A DNA stretch of 64,000 nt from Syntrophomonadaceae bacterium (GTDB lineage: Bacteria; Bacillota; Dethiobacteria; DTU022), in the NCBI GenBank assembly GCA_003567725.1, contig PWYU01000084.1, positions 28,102 through 92,101 of the forward strand, given 5' to 3'. The notes beneath the pieces were generated by a model. That model saw nothing but the letters and a program-made list of their open reading frames with translations, made no database searches and had not been told where the DNA came from. Made by a program: the position numbers and the translations under genes. Positions 56,666 through 64,000 of the stretch are shown piece by piece. Position 1 is the first letter of the stretch, and every line of letters starts with the position of its first letter.

Positions 56666-58879
56666 TTAGAGCCACTCATCTATAACGGGCAAAAACAGTT
56701 CGATCAGCTCTGGATCAAACTGGGTTCCGGAGCAGCTCATGAACTCCGCTTTAATATCACTTTTACTCATGGCCCTTTTGTAAGGCCGGCCGTTGGTCAT
56801 TACTTCAAAAGAATCGGCAATGGCGGTGATGCGGGAAAGCAGGGGAATGTCCCATTCCTTCAATCCTTGCGGGTAGCCCTTGCCGTCCCAGCGTTCATGA
56901 TGGGCCAGAATGTCTTCTGCTACATGTTTAAAATCATCGCTGGCCCAGGCGATGCGAAAGCCAATTTCGGGATGAGTCTTGATTACAGCCCACTCCTGTT
57001 CAGTTAGAGGGCCATTTTTGGTTAAAATCTGCTCGGAAATATTGATTTTCCCAATATCATGCAGAGTAATGAGCAGTTTCAGGCGGCTTTGCTCGGCATC
57101 GGTCAGTTTTAGTTTATGGCCGATTATTTGGCCTACGGCCTGCATGCGCCTGGTATGGGCCTCGGTTTCAAAACTTTTTTCAGCCAGGGTTGTTAACAGG
57201 GTCTGCAAAACGGTGTTTTTCGCGCTGCGGCTCTCTGTCAATTTTCTCCTGTTCAGATTGTTTTCTGCTTCCCGCAGGGTATCAAAAAGAACCCCTGCAG
57301 CTTCTCTTTGCTCCGCCAGTCCCAGGGTTAAAGATAAAGGAACCTCTTCCTTAAACTGTTCTGAACAGGCCTGATCAATGCTTTTGCAAACTTTACTGGC
57401 CTCTTGAAGGCTTGTTTGCGGCATCAAGATTATAAATTCATCGCCGCCCCAGCGGGCAAGGATATCATTTTCCCGGCAGCACTGTTTTAAAATTAAAGCT
57501 GCAGTTTTTAACAATTCATCACCAAAATTGCTGCCGTAAGAATCGTTAATGAGCTTTAAACCGTTTAAATCAGCGATGATAATGCTGATGGGATACTGGT
57601 TTAGCAGGGCGGTATCATTGATTAATTCTTCGAAGTAGTAGCGGTTGTAGAGGCTGGTAAGGCTGTCATGGCGGCTTAAGTGCAGCAGTTCCTGCTCGGT
57701 TTTTTTATGTTCAGTTATGTCGATATGGGTGCCTACGGTAATGTCGGTTAAGCTCCCGTCAGGTTTTTTTAAAGTCTGCCCGCGAGACCAGATCCATACC
57801 CAGTGGCCGTCTTTATGCAGCATTCTGAAAGAATTCTCATACAACCCCGGAGAACCGCTGGTGAGGTAATCTTTAAAACGTTTTGCAGCCTTCTCATTGT
57901 CGCCCTGGTGCATCAGGTCGTTCCAGGTCACTTTAAGATTGGGCCGGCCGTCCATAATGTAATCAGATTGCTTTCGACCCAGCATCTTAAAATATTCCGG
58001 GCTGCACCACAGGTAGCCGGTCTTTCTGTTGTATTCCCAGGCACCGGTATTTGAGACCGTGATAATTGATTTGTAGCGTTCCCAGCTTTCCTTTAAAACA
58101 TCCTCGGTTTCTTTTTGCCTGGTTATATCCTGGGTTATGGCCAGTAAGGAAGTAACCTTGCCATCAGTTCCGTTTCGCTCCGGTATTATCCTGGTAGATA
58201 AGAGCCTGCGGCCTTCTGGTAAAGATAGGAAGCCTTCATGGAGCTGTTCCTTCCCGCTGTTTAAGGATTGCTTTAAAAACTCATGACGGGCTTTGAGCTG
58301 CTCTTTAAGCTCAGGGGTGGGGCTGTTATCTGCCAGGTCCAGAAAAGATTTGCCTTTAAGTTGGTCAAAGGGAATACCAAACAGGCGCTCTAAGGCTTTG
58401 TTAATATAAAGATGTTTAAGCCTGCTGTTAAAACGAGCGATTAACAGGGGCAGGTTATCCATAATTGCAGCAAGTTCGGCTTCAGGGTTTACGTCCGTAC
58501 AGGCTTCTTTTTGCTTTGCCATATCATGCAGGTAAAGGGTGATAAGATCTGGTTCATGGACGTAAGCCGCAATTTCATACCAGCAGTGGGTTGATTGGTT
58601 GTATTTGACCATCCGGGTGTTTTCACCTACATTTTTTAACTGGCTGTATATGCTGAACCATTCAATTTGCAAGCCTTGAGTGATAAAAGGACAGTCTCTA
58701 ACCGATTTACCGACAAGATCTGCTTCAGAAAGCCCGCTGATATTTTCAAAAGCAGGGTTTACATATACAAAAATATAGTCAACGGGATTACCGCTGTCAC
58801 CACGCACCACCATCTGCTGAGCAAAAGCTTTTTCCGAATGAGTATGTAATTGTTTTTGCTGTTTATCTCGGCCGGGCAT
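56666..58879 (-). CDS. PAS x3-GGDEF-HD-GYP bifunctional c-di-GMP cyclase/phosphodiesterase (all catalytic motifs intact)
   Basis: RWGGDEF with REND I-site; HDIGK; HHERWDGKGYP. Confidence 0.8.
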   Translation of the reverse strand: MPGRDKQQKQLHTHSEKAFAQQMVVRGDSGNPVDYIFVYVNPAFENISGLSEADLVGKSVRDCPFITQGLQIEWFSIYSQLKNVGENTRMVKYNQSTHCWYEIAAYVHEPDLITLYLHDMAKQKEACTDVNPEAELAAIMDNLPLLIARFNSRLKHLYINKALERLFGIPFDQLKGKSFLDLADNSPTPELKEQLKARHEFLKQSLNSGKEQLHEGFLSLPEGRRLLSTRIIPERNGTDGKVTSLLAITQDITRQKETEDVLKESWERYKSIITVSNTGAWEYNRKTGYLWCSPEYFKMLGRKQSDYIMDGRPNLKVTWNDLMHQGDNEKAAKRFKDYLTSGSPGLYENSFRMLHKDGHWVWIWSRGQTLKKPDGSLTDITVGTHIDITEHKKTEQELLHLSRHDSLTSLYNRYYFEELINDTALLNQYPISIIIADLNGLKLINDSYGSNFGDELLKTAALILKQCCRENDILARWGGDEFIILMPQTSLQEASKVCKSIDQACSEQFKEEVPLSLTLGLAEQREAAGVLFDTLREAENNLNRRKLTESRSAKNTVLQTLLTTLAEKSFETEAHTRRMQAVGQIIGHKLKLTDAEQSRLKLLITLHDIGKINISEQILTKNGPLTEQEWAVIKTHPEIGFRIAWASDDFKHVAEDILAHHERWDGKGYPQGLKEWDIPLLSRITAIADSFEVMTNGRPYKRAMSKSDIKAEFMSCSGTQFDPELIELFLPVIDEWL

Positions 58880-59221
58880 TTAAAATATCCTCTCGCTTAC
58901 AGGTTTGCTGATAGATTCCTGGAGTTATCTTTGTCCTTTAAGCCGAAATTGCTCAAATTTGTTATTTATAATTACTACAAAAACACCTTAATTCCTGCCA
59001 GCTTATAGCTGTTCTTTTAAAATTGCTTTTTATAAAAATATTTAAAACATGATAAAATAATCAAAATCAGCCCTGCTGGGGATCTATTTTGGAATGAATT
59101 GTGCTAATATTAAAATATCTAATTGCTTGCTGTTTTATGCCGCCCTGTAAGATTGATCTGTTTTGAAATTTTAGTTTTGCCTGTTCCTTTCTTATCTTTT
59201 ATTTACAAGGAGGTTTAATTT

Positions 59222-60205
59222 ATGGACAGTACTTTACAAGTGGAACTTAAGTGTTCACGGCCCGAAGTAGAGGGGTTTCAGGATTACTTTGAAAAGGCAA
59301 TGTACCCCTCTTTAATGGAAATGGAAGAAAACCGGGTGGAAGCCCAAAAAAAATCTAATAGAAACGCATTATTAGCCCTTATTCCCCTTCTTCTGGCTAT
59401 TGCCGCTTTTTTTGCCCTGGGCTTTAGCATCCGGGAAGATGCTTTAGCTTTCTTTTCTGTTGGAGCTTTATACATCATTGTGGCCTGTATTTTTATAGCC
59501 AGGCCCATGCGCAAAGTGGGAACAGATATTAAAACTTTTCTGATGGATAGCATCTGCTCTTTTTTGAAAGTAGATTACAGCGCTACCGATAAAGACTTTC
59601 CTTTCAAGGTCTTTAAAGATGCAGGCCTGCTGCCGGGGCATGATGACAGAGCTTTAAAAGATCATGTCTATGGCATTTATAAAAAAATCGCTTTTAATTT
59701 AGTTGAATGTCACCTTTTTAAAACCCAAACCCATGGCAGCAGTGATAGCACCAGTACCAGCTCAGAAACAGTTTATCACGGCATCTTGATAACCATTGAT
59801 TACCCTGATCCCATTACGGGAAAAACCCTGATCAGCGGTGACTCCGGCATGTTCAGGAACTTCTTTAAAGGCCTTTTTCACGGTCAAAAGATCGAACTGG
59901 GGCATTCGGGCCTTGACGATCATTATTTGATCCATACTTCCGACGAAGAAGAAGCCCGAAAGCTGCTCTCCCCGCGCCGGGTTGAAAAGATCATGGCCCT
60001 GGTAGAGCACATCGGTCCCTGTGCCCTGGAAATGGCTTTTATGGACGGCTACCTCCTGCTGTCCGTCAGGATTGATCACAGCCATTTTGCAGTAACCTCC
60101 CATAACCCGGCCACCTGTACCCGGACTGTGGGCTATATTGTCCAGGAAATATGCATTATCTTTGATCTCATCGATATCCTAGGTTTTGAAGAAAAAACGG
60201 CCTGA
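59222..60205 (+). CDS. hypothetical membrane protein (two N-terminal TM helices plus large C-terminal domain; DUF3137-like architecture)
   Basis: ORF follows an AT-rich promoter-like spacer and an AAGGAGG RBS. The family assignment is from remembered architecture only. Confidence 0.45.
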   Translation: MDSTLQVELKCSRPEVEGFQDYFEKAMYPSLMEMEENRVEAQKKSNRNALLALIPLLLAIAAFFALGFSIREDALAFFSVGALYIIVACIFIARPMRKVGTDIKTFLMDSICSFLKVDYSATDKDFPFKVFKDAGLLPGHDDRALKDHVYGIYKKIAFNLVECHLFKTQTHGSSDSTSTSSETVYHGILITIDYPDPITGKTLISGDSGMFRNFFKGLFHGQKIELGHSGLDDHYLIHTSDEEEARKLLSPRRVEKIMALVEHIGPCALEMAFMDGYLLLSVRIDHSHFAVTSHNPATCTRTVGYIVQEICIIFDLIDILGFEEKTA

Positions 60206-60297
60206 GGCGCTTTTATGGTTTAACCCTGTACCCTTTATAGCCAGTAGGCCAAAAGTGAAAAAGTCACGAATACTTGTTGCCGCTGTAACTGCACCGG

Positions 60298-60334
60298 TTT
60301 AGCTTTAAGCTTTTCGCCCGGGCCTGCCCTTTTG
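60298..60334 (+). repeat. second copy of the 37-nt hairpin element seen at 1349..1385 (stem GGUUUA/UAAGCU with compensatory changes)
   Basis: AACTGCACCGGTTTAGCTTTAAGCTTTTCGCCCGGGC versus AACTGTACCGGCTTAGCTTTAAGCCTTTCGCCCGCGC. Confidence 0.4.
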
Positions 60335-60483
60335 GTAAGCTCATCTTAAGCTCTTTTCCGGTGGCCGGCTTCCTGACAACAAGACCGTTTTAGGTTTCGC
60401 TTTACCGGTGTCTTAAGGCCTTTATTTATGCTCGCTTCAGTAATCTTCAAGCAGGCTTTCAGCACCAACAGGCGAAGCAGGTG

Positions 60484-61214
60484 ATGGAAGCGGTCCATGA
60501 AATGCAATTGCAAACAGAAGAAGTGCTTCTCATACTGCCTGGCGAAAACGACGGTTTTTGAAGTAAACCGCTTGATTGAAGCTTTAAATGCTGCAGGAAT
60601 TGATTTTTTCGGAGGTATTTTTCCCGGTATTATATATGATGAAGCGAGATATGACAGTGGAATGATTCTGACTACATAAAGCGCTCCGGCCAAACCCTGC
60701 ATCATCAAGGGATTTTACTTCAGTAGATGAGATTATCCCTGCCATAGAAGATTTACGGGCAGCTGAACAGCTACCGGGATGGTTGTTAAATCTTATTGCG
60801 CCTGGGTGAGCTGGGCATTCTCAAGCTTTATTATCACGATCAAAAAAAGCTTAAACGACCTGGAAGCGATCCATTATGAAGACAGAGCCGCCGTTGCACA
60901 AAGCCTATGCCCGCTACATGATCAATGGAATTTTAAACCAGGAGTTCAGGATAACCCGTCCTGATAATGAGATAAAGTGGGTCTGGGCCCGTTCATTTCC
61001 CGTTAAGGACGATGCCGGCGAGACGATCAGTCATACCGGAATAGTGGTCGATGTTACCGCACGCAAAGAAACGGAGCTGGAGCTGGAACTATCCAGGGAA
61101 AAAGCCGAAGAGGCCAACCGGGCTAAAAGGCAATTTATGGCTAATATGTCTCACGAAATAAGGACTCCTTTCAGCGGTATTTTAAATCTGGCAGGATTAA
61201 ATGCCGGCGGATAG
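60484..61214 (+). pseudogene. decayed sensor histidine kinase (FIST-like N-terminal fragment, PAS/PAC, HisKA H-box MSHEIRTP): at least two frameshifts and truncation before the ATPase domain
   Basis: Three adjacent track ORFs in different frames (60497..60679, 60779..60964, 60876..61214) together read as one PAS-HisKA protein. The last ends 15 aa after the H-box. Confidence 0.5.
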
Positions 61215-61350
61215 AATATACTATCTAGGTAGTTACTGACGTTTAATAGTGTGCTGGCCTTAAATACTGGCTTCTAAGGAACGGTATTAACGCTTCAAAT
61301 CTTTACTTAAACGACAGCATGAATCGGCATTAATAAATAAGGAGTTTTTT

Positions 61351-61716
61351 ATGGGCCGGGAAGAAGAAAAAGAACAATTGATCATCGACAAACTGCCGGA
61401 AGGTTTCGAGCCCCTGGGTAAAGCCTGGAAAATGAACCCGAACAGGCTGCGCGCCATCGAGAGAGGCAGACTGGTGCGCTTCAATAATCTTTATGAAGCT
61501 GCAATGGGTGCCATCAACAAGGTTGCCGCTTCAGCCATTCAGAGTGTTTTCGACCTTGGCGATATCATTTATTTTATGCCCCGCAATAGGCCGCTTAAGA
61601 ACCTTGAGGTCATCGAACTTTATGCGGCCCGGGTTGGTTCCCTGCTGGCCAGGCTTGAAGCGGAAAAAGAAGCTGAAGTAAGCCGGGATCAGGCGCAGTA
61701 TAAGCGCTGCCATTAA
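61351..61716 (+). CDS. hypothetical protein (121 aa)
   Basis: Strong AAGGAG RBS 8 nt upstream. No family recognised. Confidence 0.45.
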   Translation: MGREEEKEQLIIDKLPEGFEPLGKAWKMNPNRLRAIERGRLVRFNNLYEAAMGAINKVAASAIQSVFDLGDIIYFMPRNRPLKNLEVIELYAARVGSLLARLEAEKEAEVSRDQAQYKRCH

Positions 61717-61738
61717 AAAAAACAAACCCTGGAGTATA

Positions 61739-61897
61739 GAATACCGCATTCTTGCCATCGCTAAAGCTTATTTGGATTTAACTAAAGAGGGCCTTCACCG
61801 CCGGGCCCCGGATCATCACCAGGCCCTTGCCGAGATCAAAAAAGAGGCCGGTACCCGCTTTGACCCGGCTTTAACGGAAACTTTCAGCGAACTCTAA
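61739..61897 (+). pseudogene. orphan C-terminal tail of an HD-GYP domain (EYRILAIAKAYLDLTKEG...FDPALTETFSEL), no upstream domain
   Basis: Translation in a frame different from 61351..61716 aligns with the C-terminus of the 53577..56285 protein (ILAIAEAYQDL...LDPELLEHF). Confidence 0.4.
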
Positions 61898-61981
61898 AAG
61901 CTTCCGGTGAAAGGTAGTTTGCTTTCAAGGTTTGCTTAACCGCTCATGGAGCGGTAAAATATAAAAACGAGGTGTTATAAA

Positions 61982-62287
61982 ATGAAAAAAGAAATTCCTG
62001 AGTTTATCAAAGCCTATGATAACCGTGACAACCCTCTCTATGAAGCAGTTGTTAAAGTTTCTGAGACTGCTTTTGCCGGAGATGCATTGGATCACAAGAC
62101 AAAACTGCTCATTGCCCTGGCGCTTGATGCTGTGCTGGGCTCAGATCACGGCGTTGCTTCTCTGGCCAGGCAGATCCGGTCGGTCGGCGGTACTGATGCA
62201 GAAATAAACGACGCTCTCCGGGTGGCTTACTATGTGGCCGGTATGAACACTCTGGTTTGCGGAAATGCCGCTTTTGAAGGCGAGTAA
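61982..62287 (+). CDS. carboxymuconolactone decarboxylase (AhpD-like) family protein
   Basis: Size and helical pattern (KTKLLIALALDAVLG..H) resemble the CMD family. GAGGTG RBS. Moderate support only. Confidence 0.4.
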   Translation: MKKEIPEFIKAYDNRDNPLYEAVVKVSETAFAGDALDHKTKLLIALALDAVLGSDHGVASLARQIRSVGGTDAEINDALRVAYYVAGMNTLVCGNAAFEGE

Positions 62288-62592
62288 ATGATAAGCGGCG
62301 CCGCAGAAAAAATTTTCTTTTACCCCTTAATCAACTTCAGCCCCTGCCGATAACAGCTATAAGAGTTAATATAGCTGTTATATCACCGGAAAGGAGCATC
62401 TGGGCTATCAGCGTAATCAGCAAAGTATATCTCTTTAATGCCTACCGCAAGCAAAAAGGTGAATCAGTCGGCTCCGGTCAAAAGCCCGGTTCTGCCGAAG
62501 AACGCCCGCCTGCCAGTTCTAACCGGCCCAAGGTTGAAAAATTTAGCACCGCTGAAAAAACCTCTGCCCGCATTTTTGAGCTGAGCCGTTAC

Positions 62593-62853
62593 ATGAATGA
62601 TGGTGGAGGTTCGTCTGAGCTGATTAAAGTCGCTAAAGACGCTCTCGATGAAATCGACTCCGTTCTCCAGGAAATGCGCTCTTTATCCGAGCATGCGGCC
62701 GGTGATAAGATGACTCCTTTTGAGCGATCAATGGCCCAGAATTCGATTGACGGTTACATCGCTGAAATCGATCGCATTGCCACTGAAGCAGAATTAAAAG
62801 CGGCCCGCCTGCAAAATGCTTCCCGCCCCGGCCCCCGTGAACCGTTGCATTAA
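62593..62853 (+). CDS. flagellin N-terminal (D1 helix)-like fragment, probably a gene remnant
   Basis: ALDEIDSVLQEMRSLSEHAAGDKMTPFERSMAQNSIDGYIAEIDRIATEAE parallels the flagellin ALNEINDILQRMRELAVQAANGTNS..DRDSIQAEIDQLTEEIDRIANQTEFNG. No RBS, and no N-terminal D0 or C-terminal segments. Confidence 0.3.
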   Translation: MNDGGGSSELIKVAKDALDEIDSVLQEMRSLSEHAAGDKMTPFERSMAQNSIDGYIAEIDRIATEAELKAARLQNASRPGPREPLH

Positions 62854-63128
62854 AGCAGTTACCCGGGGCGTGCTTTTTCTAAAGAATTGATTACTTCATT
62901 ACTCAAAGCTTCCAGTTTGCCACGCATTAATATATTTTTAGCCCAGGCAAAGAATAGTTCGAATTCATCCGACTCTAATTTGTAAACGTGAACTCCTACT
63001 TAATCATGACGGGTTCTTCTTGAAAAAAAGTTGCCAACAACCCCGCTTCCTTGGCAATCAAGCATATCATTGCATATTCATACCATAACTGTTAAAGAGT
63101 AAGAAAACCGAAGCTCTAAGCGGACAGC

Positions 63129-63884
63129 TTATGGCGCTGTTTTTAAGGCTATTGGCTCCAGGATTGGGTTTCCTTCCCCGTCAAATCCAACCAACTTTTC
63201 GTAATCGGCCACCCCTTGCTCAGGTAGGGCTGTGGAGTGGTAGATGGCTTTGGCTATATCATTTCCCGCCTTAAAATACTGGGTGCTGTATTCAGAGAGT
63301 GCAATAAATTTGTTACCGGAGCGGATAGCATGGATATAGGCTGTGTAATCAAGAGCATTTAAATAATCATATAATTGGTTACCGCTTTGTTCAAAAAGAA
63401 CACTACCGTACTTGGTGATACAGACCTCCATCTGTGCTACCCCTGCGTTCAAGATTAATTTTTCTACCCTGGCTTCGTCTAGTACATGTACAGGAACTGT
63501 TTTGGTATGGCACAAGTAGTTTCCGGCTTCTACAGTGACCTCGATCATAGCTATTCCTTCTCCTTTTGCTTTGATCACTGCAGATGTATTATTATGGCCG
63601 GTTTCTATAGTAACAACATTTTCATCGGAGCTGATGAATTTTACCTTATAGTCTTGATCAGGTTCCATTACCTTTGCAGCAAGCCTTTTTCCCTCACCCA
63701 GATTCATTTCCAGTTCGGCTGGAGTGACCGAAAAACTAACCGGTTTAGTTTCTCCTGCCAAGGCCGTATAAAGATAAGGGATATTAACTTCTTCCAGAAG
63801 TTCAATCTTATTCTCCTTAACAATACCCCATAATGTATGAAGCTTCTTAAGCACCTCTTTGGTAGGCTGAATTAACTCTATCAA
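63129..63884 (-). CDS. hypothetical protein with a bacterial Ig-like (Big_2) domain
   Basis: Residues ~45-120 (VSFSVTPAELEMNLGEGKRLAAKV...KFISSDENVVTI...GIAMIEVTV) fit the Big_2 pattern. The C-terminal half is unknown. Confidence 0.45.
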   Translation of the reverse strand: MIELIQPTKEVLKKLHTLWGIVKENKIELLEEVNIPYLYTALAGETKPVSFSVTPAELEMNLGEGKRLAAKVMEPDQDYKVKFISSDENVVTIETGHNNTSAVIKAKGEGIAMIEVTVEAGNYLCHTKTVPVHVLDEARVEKLILNAGVAQMEVCITKYGSVLFEQSGNQLYDYLNALDYTAYIHAIRSGNKFIALSEYSTQYFKAGNDIAKAIYHSTALPEQGVADYEKLVGFDGEGNPILEPIALKTAP

Positions 63885-64000
63885 TTACGATTATAGCATA
63901 TTTAAAACTGGCCTGCCCTCCTTATGGGATAAAACCCTTTTATATTATCAACGCCAGGGATGATATGAGCTATATTGATATCCCTGACGCCATGACGCGG

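Noticed and set aside
60346-60708. 120-aa minus-strand ORF
   Set aside because: It runs antisense to the FIST-like histidine-kinase fragment and repeat element, with no start support.

Overview
The window is a 64 kb chromosomal segment that looks like a Gram-positive, low-GC-type anaerobe (Firmicutes/Clostridia-like). This is an inference from GGAGG-type ribosome-binding sites, a Bacillus-style PyrR-attenuated pyr operon, a flavodiiron protein, a selenocysteine formate dehydrogenase with NuoE/NuoF partners, and many c-di-GMP signalling genes. No rRNA, tRNA or CRISPR array is visible.

Main gene blocks, in order:
- secreted hypotheticals, then an operon of degenerate-GGDEF membrane protein, SagB-type nitroreductase-fold protein and YjbQ;
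- MBL hydrolase plus class V aminotransferase;
- Nif3-like protein, ADP-forming acetyl-CoA synthetase, signal peptidase I, and an LCP protein with an EP-repeat tail;
- a complete pyrR-pyrB-pyrC-pyrK-pyrD-pyrF-pyrE operon with a PyrR-binding attenuator, followed by tex;
- transglutaminase-like protein, ferric-reductase-like flavocytochrome, amidohydrolase;
- an unknown membrane protein translationally coupled to an aromatic amino acid decarboxylase;
- an oversized RND exporter with a TetR regulator;
- flavodiiron protein, cupin, SppA, Yip1-like protein, S1 protease, GGDEF cyclase;
- an orphan RnfD/NqrB homolog, a DUF2284 protein and ferritin;
- fdhA(Sec)-nuoF-like-nuoE-like module;
- AbrB-type membrane protein, rhomboid, ClpP-fold protease, GNAT/nitrilase fusion;
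- two tandem PAS-GGDEF-HD-GYP proteins;
- a terminal segment of decayed signalling-gene fragments.

The most unusual non-coding signals are a three-copy, roughly 90-nt three-hairpin element sitting in 5' leaders on one strand, and a roughly 400-bp MITE-like element with 43-bp inverted termini downstream of fdhA. The single most solid recoding call is the in-frame UGA plus SECIS hairpin in fdhA.
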